Positions 1 through 8,754 of a stretch of DNA of 64,000 nt are shown here, piece by piece. The DNA is taken from contig JBBTQI010000003.1 in the NCBI GenBank assembly GCA_038078835.1, positions 2,196 to 66,195 of the forward strand, given 5' to 3'. This DNA comes from Patescibacteria group bacterium. Its GTDB lineage: Bacteria; Patescibacteriota; UBA1384; XYA2-FULL-43-10; 1-14-0-10-43-13. The translations under genes were made by a program, and so were the position numbers. Position 1 is the stretch's first letter. Each line of letters begins with the position of its first letter. The notes below the pieces were generated by a model. That model saw nothing but the letters and a program-made list of their open reading frames with translations, searched no databases and was not told the origin of the DNA.

Positions 1-1779
1 GAACCAGCGCCGGCGCATCATTGATACCATCGCCAACCATTGCCACTCTCTTGCCGGCTTGCTGCAATTCTCGAACTTTATCCTGCTTGTGCTCCGGTAA
101 AACTTCGGCAAAGAAGGTTTTGATGCCAAGTTCGCGCGCAACCGTGGCGGCCACCGCCTGGGAATCACCGGTGATCATAGCCGTCTCCACCCCCATTGCC
201 CCAAGCGCGCGAATCGCCTCCCGCGATTCCGGCCGGATTTGATCGGCCAGAGTGATAACGCCGACAATATCCCTACCCCTGATAACGTAGATGATTGATT
301 CGCCGCGGTCCTCGGCTTGCTTGATCGGCTCCCGCAGAAGAGAGGGAACCTCGATCTTAAGCCCCTCAAGTAATCTTGGGCCGCCAACGGACACCCTGGC
401 TCCGGCGACTTTGCCCTCAATGCCGCGGCCGGGCAAAGCCCGAAAGTCAGAGGCCGCCGGAATTTCAACCCTCTCCCCCTTGGCTTTTTGAACGATAGCC
501 TGCCCGACAGGATGCTCTGACATTGCTTCAACTGCCGCCGCCAGCGCCAAAATATCTCTGGCTTGCTCTGATTTTACCGGAACAACACCGCCAACCCCCT
601 GTTCACCCCGTGTCAGTGTCCCGGTCTTGTCAAAAAGAACAATATTGATCTCCCGCGCCGCTTCGAGTGCCAACCGCTCGCGGACAAGCATACCGTTCTT
701 GGCGCCAAGTGTCGTCGAAATTGCCACAACCAGCGGAACAGCCAGGCCCAGAGCGTGCGGGCAGGCAATCACCAGCACTGTTACCGCTCTCTCCAGAGCA
801 AAACCCAAGGAAGCACCGGCCAGAAGCCAGCCGGCAAAGGCAAAGAGTGCAACCGCCAGAGCAACAATAGTGAGATAAAAAGCCGCTCTGTCCGCCAAAA
901 CCTGAGTTCGGGAACGGGAAGATTGCGCCTCAAGCACCAGAAGGGTAATCCGACCCAGAGCGGTATCCTGGCCGGTTTCGGTAACCCTGACCTGAAGGGC
1001 GCCATCAATATTGATTGTACCGGCAATCGCCCTGTCTCCAACCTCCTTGGCAACCGGTTTCGACTCGCCGGTAATGGCCGCTTCGTTAGCACTCGAGACA
1101 CCCTCAATTACCTTGCCATCAGCCGGAAAACGCCCTCCCGGCCTGACCAGAATAATATCACCGGCTCTCAGATCCGAAACCGGAATTCTCTGTGTTTCGC
1201 CGTCAACGACTTTCTCCGCCGTATCCGGCAAGAGTTTGGCTAGCTCCTTCAGCGCTCCCTCCGCCGCCCCGATCGAGCGCATCTCCAGCCAGTGGCCCAG
1301 GAGCATCACCGAGATCAAGGTAGAGAGCTCCCAAAAAAACTCGACGCCAACAATGATAAAAGTGGTCGCCAAGCTATATCCGTACGCCGTGATGATGGCC
1401 AGCGAAATAAGCGTCATCATCCCCGGCTGCCGGCTTTTAAGCTCCGAGGCAGCACTTCGAACAAAAATGGCGCCGCCATAAAAGAAGATAACGGAGCCCA
1501 AAATAGCCGGGATAAGGTCGGAGCCGGGAAAAGCGGGCGGAGAGAAGCCAAAAACACCCTGGATAAAGGGCGAATAAGCGAGCACAAACAGCGTTAAAAT
1601 CAAAACAATCCGGAAGCGCCGCCGGAAAAGTTCGGCGCTGTGACCGGCGTGCTTATCATGTGCCGGATGAGGTGTCTCTACATCCCGTCCGTGCCGGGCG
1701 TGTGACTCGTGTTCGACCCGATGATTATTTGCCGGTATTACCTGCCCGCGGTTGTGGTTATGATGGTCTTCTGCCACCT
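1..1779 (-). CDS. Heavy-metal P-type ATPase, CopB-like (P1B); the 3' end runs off the window start
   Basis: Reverse-strand translation gives a His-rich N-terminus (VAEDHHNHN...), a CPH motif (LVIACPHALG), DKTGTLT at rc ~610-630 and GDGINDAP at rc ~140-170. A GTG start near 1779 with an upstream AGGAAAAAGG is inferred. The ORF track does not list it because the stop lies outside the window. Confidence 0.8.
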
Positions 1780-1784
1780 TTTTC

Positions 1785-2078
1785 CTACTTGTCTAGCTGA
1801 CCGAGAATCTCTTCGACCTCTCGACTGCCGGATTCAAGTTCTTCTGCCTGCTCTTTATCATATTTCAAGAGAAGGGCCTGAAACTCGCCAACATGCTCCT
1901 TTTCCTCCTTGGCGACATCCAACAGAACGGTTTTGATTCTTTCATCACTCGCTTTGGCCGCCATCTGTTCATAGAAACTGACAGCGTCCAGCTCGGCGAT
2001 GATGCCGGCCCGTAAAATCTCTGCGTCAACCGTCCCCCGATCAACACCGTCAATATTGATTGGCAACTGCGACAACAT
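1785..2078 (-). CDS. Small ferritin-like diiron-domain protein (EncFtn / rubrerythrin-like)
   Basis: About 97 aa with ELDAVSFYEQ...KEEKEHVGEFQALLL, i.e. E..Y and ExxH metal-ligand spacing typical of encapsulated-ferritin-like proteins. Start taken at the internal Met (rc ATG at 2076-2078) preceded by GGAAGAGG. Confidence 0.55.
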   Translation of the reverse strand: MLSQLPINIDGVDRGTVDAEILRAGIIAELDAVSFYEQMAAKASDERIKTVLLDVAKEEKEHVGEFQALLLKYDKEQAEELESGSREVEEILGQLDK

Positions 2079-2136
2079 CCTCTTCCTTTCGCTTAATTCT
2101 CTACTTTTAATTATATCACAGCCGGAACACCTCAAC

Positions 2137-3363
2137 CTACAAATTACCACGATGCTTTTCGGCGGCGATGATCCGCTTAATCGCGATAGCGTAGGCGGCA
2201 GTGCGAAGATCAATCTTGTTTTTGTGCTCTTTGGCACACGCATTAACCCGATTCCAGGAGCCAAGCATCATCTTCTTGAGCTTGGCCCGCAAATACTCCT
2301 CATCAAGAATATTGCCGGTGCGGTTCTGCGCCCATTCAAAGTAGGAAACAACCACACCGCCGGCATTGGCCAGAATATCCGGCACAACGGTAATGCCGTT
2401 GGAGAAGAGAACATCATCAGCATAAAGGTCGACCGGACCGTTAGCCAGCTCAATAATATTTTTAGCCTTGATTCGAGCCGCATTCTTTTCGGTAATCTGA
2501 TTTTCAAGAGCAGCTAGGACTAAAACGTCCACCGGCAATTCTAAGAGCTCTTCGTTGCTGATCTTGTCGGCATCGTGATAAGCGGCCACATTGCCCTGCT
2601 CATCCTTGATCTTCAGCAGGTTGGCCACATTTAATCCATTTTTATTATGGATCCCGCCCTTGCTGTCTGAGGCCGCCGCCACATTGTAGCCATCTTCCGA
2701 GATCATATGGGCAAAGTGAGCACCGGCATTGCCAAAACCCTGGATGGCAACCGTTATCTGCTCCTTATTCTTTCTGATTTTCTTAACTAACTCTTTAAAA
2801 ATAATATAGCCGCCCTTGGCGGTCGAGTCGGCTCGAAGAGCAATCCCGCCAAGCTCGACGGGCTTGCCGGTAATCATACCCGGCTCGTGATGGCCAACCT
2901 GCTTTTCGTATTCATCCAGCATCCAGGCCATAATTTGCGGATTGGTATAAACATCGGGGGCCGGCACGTCTTTATCCTGCCCGACATATTTAGAGAACGC
3001 ACGCATATAAGCGCGGCTAATCGCCTCAAGCTCTTTCTTATCCCTGCCCTTCGGATTAATCCTCACTCCGCCCTTGGCGCCGCCGTAAGGCAAACCGGCA
3101 AGCGAGTTTTTGAGGCTCATCCAAAAGGCCAGGGACTTGATCTCATCCTCGCACACCTCGGGGTGAAAACGAATCCCGCCCTTGCCCGGTCCGAGAGCAT
3201 TGTTGTGGATAATGCGCCAGGCCTGATAGCTCTGGCCATTGATCTTGAGTTCGGCTTTATTGATTTGGCGCGATTTGGCTAAATAGTCAATCTCGCTCTG
3301 GTTCAAACCAACGATTTGTCCCACCTGCTCCAGGCGCCTAATAATCGTTTCGAATGTCGACAT
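2137..3363 (-). CDS. gdhA: Glutamate dehydrogenase (Glu/Leu/Phe/Val dehydrogenase family)
   Basis: GGAKGGVRINPKG catalytic-lysine motif and GFGNAGAH NAD(P)-binding motif, 408 aa. Confidence 0.9.
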   Translation of the reverse strand: MSTFETIIRRLEQVGQIVGLNQSEIDYLAKSRQINKAELKINGQSYQAWRIIHNNALGPGKGGIRFHPEVCEDEIKSLAFWMSLKNSLAGLPYGGAKGGVRINPKGRDKKELEAISRAYMRAFSKYVGQDKDVPAPDVYTNPQIMAWMLDEYEKQVGHHEPGMITGKPVELGGIALRADSTAKGGYIIFKELVKKIRKNKEQITVAIQGFGNAGAHFAHMISEDGYNVAAASDSKGGIHNKNGLNVANLLKIKDEQGNVAAYHDADKISNEELLELPVDVLVLAALENQITEKNAARIKAKNIIELANGPVDLYADDVLFSNGITVVPDILANAGGVVVSYFEWAQNRTGNILDEEYLRAKLKKMMLGSWNRVNACAKEHKNKIDLRTAAYAIAIKRIIAAEKHRGNL

Positions 3364-3377
3364 CTTTGGCCCTCAAG

Positions 3378-3719
3378 TTAATTATCAATAACACTCTTGA
3401 GCTCTGCAACAATATCATCCTTAGGACGCACGCCGATAATCTCCTTGGCAACCTCGCCGCCCTTAAAAATCTTCATATTGGGAATGCTCATAATTTTATA
3501 CTTATGAGCAAGATCCTGGTTTTCCTTCTCTTCAACGTTTAATTTGACAATCTTCGCCTTTCCGGCAATCCCCGGCTCTCCGGCAACCTCATCCAAAACG
3601 GGGGCCATCATCTGACAGGGCATACACCAGGGCGCCCAAAAATCAACCAGGACCGGCACATCCGACTCGAGAACTTGAGCCTCAAAATCCTTGGCGCCGA
3701 TCTCCACCGCCTTTGCCAT
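3378..3719 (-). CDS. trxA: Thioredoxin
   Basis: WAPWCMPCQ (WCxPC active site), 113 aa. Confidence 0.9.
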   Translation of the reverse strand: MAKAVEIGAKDFEAQVLESDVPVLVDFWAPWCMPCQMMAPVLDEVAGEPGIAGKAKIVKLNVEEKENQDLAHKYKIMSIPNMKIFKGGEVAKEIIGVRPKDDIVAELKSVIDN

Positions 3720-3763
3720 TACTCTCCTTTCGTTAGCTTTTCCACCCTCCCAATATACCAGCC

Positions 3764-5110
3764 TTAATTTTTGCCGGTCAATGGGGAACTGCTAATAGTG
3801 CCGCCGCCGAGGACAACCTCCCTGTCATAAAACACCGCCGCCTGGCCGGGAGTAATAGCCCGGATCGGGAGATCAAACCGAATTGTTAAATCAAAGTTTG
3901 GCGAGATGCTCGTATCGAGACTTGACGAGATATTGTTCGAAGCCTCAAGCTGAGAACCATAAACCATTGCCGGCTCTGCCGGACTTCGGTATCTTATCTT
4001 TACGCCGACCTTAATCGGAAGTTTAGGAACTTCGCCGATCCAGTGAACATTACTAACTTTGGCTTCATCTGAATACAAATCATCCTTATCGCCAACGTAA
4101 ATTTCGTTCTTCTTAACATCTTTACCAATAATATAATACGGCCCGCCGCCATCTTTGATATCAAAACCATGCCGCTGGCCAATAGTATAATACCAAGCCC
4201 CGTCATGCTCCCCTAACGTACGACCGTCGATGCGCTTTACCAAGCCTTTCTTCGGTTTAATGTAGTCTTTTAGAAATGACTTCATTTTGAGAGGCCCGAT
4301 AAAGCAGACTCCCTGGCTATCTTTCTTTTCAGCCGTTGGTAAATCAAATTTCTTAGCCAGTTCCCGAACCTCCGGCTTGGTATAATCGCCAATTGGAAAA
4401 AGAGTGCGTTCTAAGTGGCGTTGTTTAAGGGTGTAGAGAAAATATGATTGGTCCTTATTCTTATCAACCGCCTGGCAAAGTTCATAAATGAACGACGAAC
4501 CACCTAACGACGAACAACGAATATCATTATCCTCACCCCTGCCCTCTCCCGTCACACCAGGAGAGGGAGTTCCTTCTCCCTCTGGGAGAAGGTTAGGATG
4601 AGGGTTGTGAATCTGTTGTCCATTTGTCTGCTGTCCATTTATGACATTTATGCGAGCATAATGTCCCGTGGCCACATAATCAGCCCCTTCGGCCATGGCT
4701 TTATCAAAAAACAAGCCGAACTTGATCTCCTTATTGCACATAATATCCGGGTTGGGGGTAATTCCAGCCTTGTAAGCCTCCAGCATGTATGTTGCGACCT
4801 TTTCGCCGTACTCTTTGGTAAAGTCCCAGGTCAAGAGCGGAACGCCCAGCTTGGCCGCAACTCTCAAAGCGTCCCGACGCTCCTCTTTCCAAATGCAACC
4901 GGGGACCGCCGGGTTGGGGACTGTCGCCCATGGCGACTGTCCCCTTGACTTCGGACTTTTATCCCCCGTAGCCTCGGCGGAGGGGGACCAAAACTTCATA
5001 AACACGCCCACGACAAAATAGCCCTGTTCTTTCAGCAAGACCGCCGCAACAGAGCTGTCCACCCCGCCGCTCATCGCCACATAAACCTTTTTCTGCTTCT
5101 TCGTATCCAT
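3764..5110 (-). CDS. mnmA: tRNA-specific 2-thiouridylase MnmA, carrying in-frame repeat insertions
   Basis: PP-loop YVAMSGGVDSSVAAVLL. Start moved to the internal Met MDTKK (rc ATG at 5108-5110). About 449 aa versus a typical ~360 aa, because of in-frame palindromic repeat insertions at 4531-4608 and 4917-4945. Confidence 0.85.
   Translation of the reverse strand: MDTKKQKKVYVAMSGGVDSSVAAVLLKEQGYFVVGVFMKFWSPSAEATGDKSPKSRGQSPWATVPNPAVPGCIWKEERRDALRVAAKLGVPLLTWDFTKEYGEKVATYMLEAYKAGITPNPDIMCNKEIKFGLFFDKAMAEGADYVATGHYARINVINGQQTNGQQIHNPHPNLLPEGEGTPSPGVTGEGRGEDNDIRCSSLGGSSFIYELCQAVDKNKDQSYFLYTLKQRHLERTLFPIGDYTKPEVRELAKKFDLPTAEKKDSQGVCFIGPLKMKSFLKDYIKPKKGLVKRIDGRTLGEHDGAWYYTIGQRHGFDIKDGGGPYYIIGKDVKKNEIYVGDKDDLYSDEAKVSNVHWIGEVPKLPIKVGVKIRYRSPAEPAMVYGSQLEASNNISSSLDTSISPNFDLTIRFDLPIRAITPGQAAVFYDREVVLGGGTISSSPLTGKN
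4531..4608. repeat. REP-like palindromic element, family 1 (CCCTCACCCC..CCCTCTCCC / GGGAGAGGG), composite copy inside mnmA
   Basis: cctcacccctgccctctccc...ggagaggg...ccttctccctctgggagaagg. It is in frame in mnmA (encodes HPNPLPEGEGTPSPGVTGEGRG). Confidence 0.6.
4917..4945. repeat. Palindromic element, family 3 (GGGGACTGTCCCC pair), inside mnmA
   Basis: ggggactgtcgcccatggcgactgtcccc; the same element occurs in iscS and nifU. Confidence 0.6.
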
Positions 5111-5278
5111 ATCCGATGAATTATACCGGAAAACCTGCCATGAGTCCATGTAAGAAATAAAAAGGGCTACCCGTATGGTGGCGGACAGCCCTTTTGCGCG
5201 TCGACCGCCTTGCGGCGGTGAATCCAAGGATCAAATGGCAAGGAGCCAAAAGTTCAAAGGATTCAAGAAATCGAGGCT

Positions 5279-6208
5279 CTACTGCGGGAGGAAGCCCGAG
5301 GCAGAGCCGTAGCGGGCACCGTAGCCGCCGACCCCGTACGCGCCGAACCTGACCCTGCCGTCGCAGAAGAGGAAGAAGAACGGCGCGTAGCCGAAGCGGC
5401 CATCGGCTCCCAGAGCAAACTCGTCACCGGGGAGATCCTCGTGGAGCTGCTCCCTGCGAACGAACCGCTCGGGATGCGTCAACGCGATGGCGCCGCCAGC
5501 CAGGCTGCCGAGGCCGTACTCGTTGACCACGAAGGTCTCGCGGGCCCGGCACGTGGACTTGCCGCGGTGGCGCAGGCCGAGCTGGGCGGCGATGACCAGG
5601 ATATCGCCCCCCGTCTGTACCTCAATGATGCGCTCCATGGCTTGCGCCGTGCGAGCGTGCATCCGCAGGTAGCCGGGCGTGATCTGGCCGTCGCGGTAGT
5701 TGTAAAACGGACGCGAGGCCTTGATCTGCGCCAAGGTCAAGAGAATGGCCTGGCAATACTGCTCTGCCGGATCCTTGACCTTCGGGAAGTGCGCCCTGGC
5801 CAGGGCGCCGATCGACGGGATGGCAAACCACCCCTCGGCGCCTTCCGGAAGCTCGGGCAGACGTGCCGCGTAGTCGAGGGCTATCGCCGTGTCGAGGCAG
5901 GGGAAGATCTCGGCGATCATCCTGATCTGCTCGACGATCGGTTTCGGACCCTTGTACTCCGGCGGGTAGACGTAGTTCGACCTGACAACCTCACTGGCGT
6001 ACTTGTTACCCGAGCGATTTTCGGCGATGAAGGCGGTGATCAGGTCGACCAACCCAGGCGTGTTGTTGATACGCTGGGCTTCCTCTTCGGTAAGCCGCGC
6101 CTTGTTGTACGCGGCTTCGACGACCGAAACGAACTTGTGACCCTTCGGGTCTCGGGACGTGACAGACGGAGCCAATGTTGCCATCGGAGCCATCTCCTTT
6201 CGTTTCAT
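5279..6208 (-). CDS. Hypothetical protein on a ~65% GC island (probable horizontal acquisition)
   Basis: A 309-aa ORF whose GC content is visibly higher than the flanking ~50% GC DNA. It has no palindromic-repeat insertions and no recognisable motif. The true start may be an internal Met. Confidence 0.5.
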   Translation of the reverse strand: MKRKEMAPMATLAPSVTSRDPKGHKFVSVVEAAYNKARLTEEEAQRINNTPGLVDLITAFIAENRSGNKYASEVVRSNYVYPPEYKGPKPIVEQIRMIAEIFPCLDTAIALDYAARLPELPEGAEGWFAIPSIGALARAHFPKVKDPAEQYCQAILLTLAQIKASRPFYNYRDGQITPGYLRMHARTAQAMERIIEVQTGGDILVIAAQLGLRHRGKSTCRARETFVVNEYGLGSLAGGAIALTHPERFVRREQLHEDLPGDEFALGADGRFGYAPFFFLFCDGRVRFGAYGVGGYGARYGSASGFLPQ

Positions 6209-6336
6209 GCGGGGGTTCGTAGCTGTCCCATGAGTGGAACAAGCGTACTACCAATCAACCATGACTGGCAAAACGCTTGTTCCAAAAAACCGCAATAACG
6301 TGGCTACTATACACCATCATTAGACTTCTGTCAAGG

Positions 6337-6389
6337 TTGACAACCGTTAAAGCATAGTGCTAATCTAATAACAGACTAATTTAGTCTGG
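6337..6389 (+). promoter_or_regulatory. Putative sigma70 promoter (TTGACA-N18-TAATCT) plus a palindromic operator upstream of the rrf2-iscS-nifU operon
   Basis: ttgaca at 6337-6342 and taatct at 6361-6366, followed by the perfect palindrome cagactaatttagtctg at 6373-6389. This fits an Rrf2/IscR-type autoregulatory site. Confidence 0.4.
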
Positions 6390-6443
6390 ATTTGTGTGAT
6401 ATTTGTTATTAGATATTTGGATAATTCGTTATTCATTCCTGAT

Positions 6444-6833
6444 ATGCGCATCTCGACCAAAACCTACTATGGCCTGCGAGCGATGATCAACCTCGTTCGG
6501 AAAGAGGAGGTTTCTCCGATCGCCGATATCGCCTTTGAGGAAGATATCCCTTTTGCTTTTCTCGAAAAGATCTTTCAGCAACTAAAGCGCGCCGGATTAG
6601 TCAGGTCAAAGAAGGGATCACTAGGCGGCTATGAGTTAGCTCGATCTCCTAAGGAAATTACAGCCGGACAAGTCTTTGAAGCGTTGGGGGAAGAGGTCAT
6701 TTCCTCATTCTGTCCCGGCGATTCGAGCTGCTCCAGGCTTAATTCTTGCGGAACCAAGGACTTCTTGTCTAAACTAGAATCTTCGATCGGCCAAACTCTT
6801 GATTCAATGACACTAGAAAGACTGGCTAACTAA
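6444..6833 (+). CDS. Rrf2-family transcriptional regulator (IscR-like)
   Basis: N-terminal MRISTKTYYGLRAMINL... wHTH, conserved GGYELAR, and three C-terminal Cys (CPGDSSCSRLNSC). Start taken at the ATG at 6444. Confidence 0.8.
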   Translation: MRISTKTYYGLRAMINLVRKEEVSPIADIAFEEDIPFAFLEKIFQQLKRAGLVRSKKGSLGGYELARSPKEITAGQVFEALGEEVISSFCPGDSSCSRLNSCGTKDFLSKLESSIGQTLDSMTLERLAN

Positions 6834-6834
6834 A

Positions 6835-8088
6835 ATGAAACACATTTATCTTGATCATTCAGCTACAACGCCGCTCGATCCGAAGGTTCTTTCGGCGATG
6901 ATGCCGTACTTCGGCGACAACTTCGGCAATCCGGGATCCTTGCACTCGTTCGGTGTTGAGACCAAGAAAGCAATCAACGACGCGCGCAAAAACATTGCCG
7001 CTTTTTTGGGCTGCGATGAATCCGAGATTATTTTCACCTCTGGTGGATCAGAATCAGACAATCTGGCCATTCGAGGACTCGTATCACGTAGCAAAGGGGA
7101 CTGTCCCCTAAAGGGGACTGTCCCCGAGAACGCCAAGAAGCCCCACATTATCACGTCGGCGTTTGAGCACAAGGCTGTTTTGGATACAGTTAAATCGCTT
7201 GAAAGGGAGGGAATAATCAAGGCTACCTATATTAAACCGGGCGCGGACGGAGTTATTAAAGTTGATGATATTAAAAATGCCATTCGCGATAACACTGTTT
7301 TAGTCTCGATTATGTACGTCAATAACGAGATCGGCACCATCCAGCCAATCCGTGAAATTGGTAAGGTCATTTCCGGGCTTAATTCTAAAATCGAAAATCG
7401 AAAATCAAAAATCTATTTCCACACCGATGCCGTTCAGGCCACGGAGTTCTGTCCGATAAATGTCCGTGATCTCGGCGTCGATCTGCTCTCCCTCTCCGCC
7501 CACAAAATCCACGGTCCCAAGGGCGTTGGCTTACTCTATGTCAAATCAGGCACACTTCTCAAGCCAGAGATTACCGGCGGCGGACAGGAGAGAGGGTTCC
7601 GCGCCGGAACGGAAAACGTTCCCGGTATTGTTGGGTTTGCTAAAGCAATATCATTAATTAGCAGCTCAAATCCCAAAGTCATACCCCCCCTTTCTAAGGG
7701 GGGGCGAAGAGAGGTTGAGAAGCTTCGCGACAGACTTATCGACGGTATCTTGGAGCGGATTCCCGGCTCGATTTTGAATGGTGATCGTGACCATCTGGCG
7801 CCGCATATTGCCAATATCAGTTTTATTAATGCCGAAGGCGAGGCTATCCTTTTAAACCTCGATTTTCTGGGTATTGCTGTTTCGACCGGTTCGGCCTGCA
7901 CTTCGCGCACGCTTGAGCCCAGCCACGTTTTAACCGCGATGGGTATCCCGCCCGAGCAAGCCCATGGTTCTATTCGGTTCTCCTTGAGCCGGAACACAAC
8001 CGAGGCAGAGATTGATCGAGTACTGGATGTCCTGCCGGGTATCATTGAAAAATTGAGGACAATGAGCCCATTTGACACAAATGGATAA
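6835..8088 (+). CDS. iscS: Cysteine desulfurase (IscS/NifS family), carrying in-frame repeat insertions
   Basis: PLP-lysine motif SLSAHKIHGPKG and a C-terminal active-site Cys region (GSACTS). In-frame insertions at 7097-7125 (GGGGACTGTCCCC pair), a microsatellite at 7383-7409 (aaaatcgaaaatcgaaaatc) and the palindrome cccccctttctaaggggggg near 7683. Confidence 0.9.
   Translation: MKHIYLDHSATTPLDPKVLSAMMPYFGDNFGNPGSLHSFGVETKKAINDARKNIAAFLGCDESEIIFTSGGSESDNLAIRGLVSRSKGDCPLKGTVPENAKKPHIITSAFEHKAVLDTVKSLEREGIIKATYIKPGADGVIKVDDIKNAIRDNTVLVSIMYVNNEIGTIQPIREIGKVISGLNSKIENRKSKIYFHTDAVQATEFCPINVRDLGVDLLSLSAHKIHGPKGVGLLYVKSGTLLKPEITGGGQERGFRAGTENVPGIVGFAKAISLISSSNPKVIPPLSKGGRREVEKLRDRLIDGILERIPGSILNGDRDHLAPHIANISFINAEGEAILLNLDFLGIAVSTGSACTSRTLEPSHVLTAMGIPPEQAHGSIRFSLSRNTTEAEIDRVLDVLPGIIEKLRTMSPFDTNG
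7097..7125. repeat. Palindromic element, family 3 (GGGGACTGTCCCC TAAA GGGGACTGTCCCC), inside iscS
   Basis: Direct and inverted pair; encodes GDCPLKGTVP in frame. Confidence 0.6.
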
Positions 8089-8257
8089 CTAATTCATCCA
8101 AATGACTAATGACGAATAATATAACCCCCTACGCCCATCCTTCTCACACCCCACCCGACCTTCCCGCAGACAGGGGAGAAAACAAAAGAAGGAGAAAATC
8201 TGAATTAGTCATTCGTCATTTAGACCAATTCGTTATCCATTTGTGGTCAGGAGTTTG

Positions 8258-8710
8258 ATGGAACAGTATTCAAAAACAGTCTTAGAGCACTTTTATAACC
8301 CGCGCAATGTCGGGGAAATTGCCGATGCCGACGGCGTTGGCGAGGTGGGCAATCTTCGCTGCGGCGATGTTATGTACGTCTATATCAAAGTAGAAAGGCG
8401 AAAGGCGAAAGGCGAAAATGGTGCAAGGGGACTGTCCCCAAAGGGGACTGTCCCTGGATTTGCCGAAGAAGAATACATTAAGGACATTAAATTTAAAACC
8501 CTGGGCTGTGCGGCGGCCATTGCTTCGACCAGCATTATGACCGAGATGGTTCGAGGTATGAGCTTAGACGAAGCAATGAGGATCACGCGCGACGACATCA
8601 ATGATGCCCTGGGAATTCTCCCCAAACAAAAATACCACTGCTCTATCCTCTCGGCCGACGGTATCCATAAGGCAATCGAAAATTACAGGGCAAAAAAGCA
8701 ATTTAGCTAG
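8258..8710 (+). CDS. nifU: Fe-S cluster assembly scaffold (IscU/NifU N-terminal domain)
   Basis: FYNPRNVGEI...GDVMYVYIKV...LGCAAAIASTSIMTEMV conserved Cys ligands. Start at the ATG at 8258 preceded by AGGAG. Carries a family-3 repeat and a (aaggcg)n microsatellite in frame. Confidence 0.85.
   Translation: MEQYSKTVLEHFYNPRNVGEIADADGVGEVGNLRCGDVMYVYIKVERRKAKGENGARGLSPKGTVPGFAEEEYIKDIKFKTLGCAAAIASTSIMTEMVRGMSLDEAMRITRDDINDALGILPKQKYHCSILSADGIHKAIENYRAKKQFS
8427..8453. repeat. Palindromic element, family 3, inside nifU
   Basis: ggggactgtccccaaaggggactgtccc; encodes RGLSPKGTVPG. Confidence 0.6.
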
Positions 8711-8754
8711 TTAGCGTTTTAGCTAATTTGCTAACGCACTAATTTGCCAACATG

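Noticed and set aside
2887-3282. Antisense ORFs inside gdhA (2887-3282 plus), pilB (53254-53916 minus) and iscS (7536-8078 minus)
   Set aside because: Nested antisense to genes with strong family motifs; no independent support.
5441-6298. 285-aa plus-strand ORF antisense to the GC-rich gene at 5279-6208
   Set aside because: Same GC-rich shadow-frame artefact; Arg/Gly/Leu/Asp-rich with no motif.
7383-7409. Tandem short repeats ((aaaatcg)n, (aaggcg)n, (cattttg)n) considered as possible CRISPR arrays
   Set aside because: Units are 6-7 bp with no spacers, lie inside coding sequence in frame, and have no cas genes nearby. They are microsatellites, not CRISPR.
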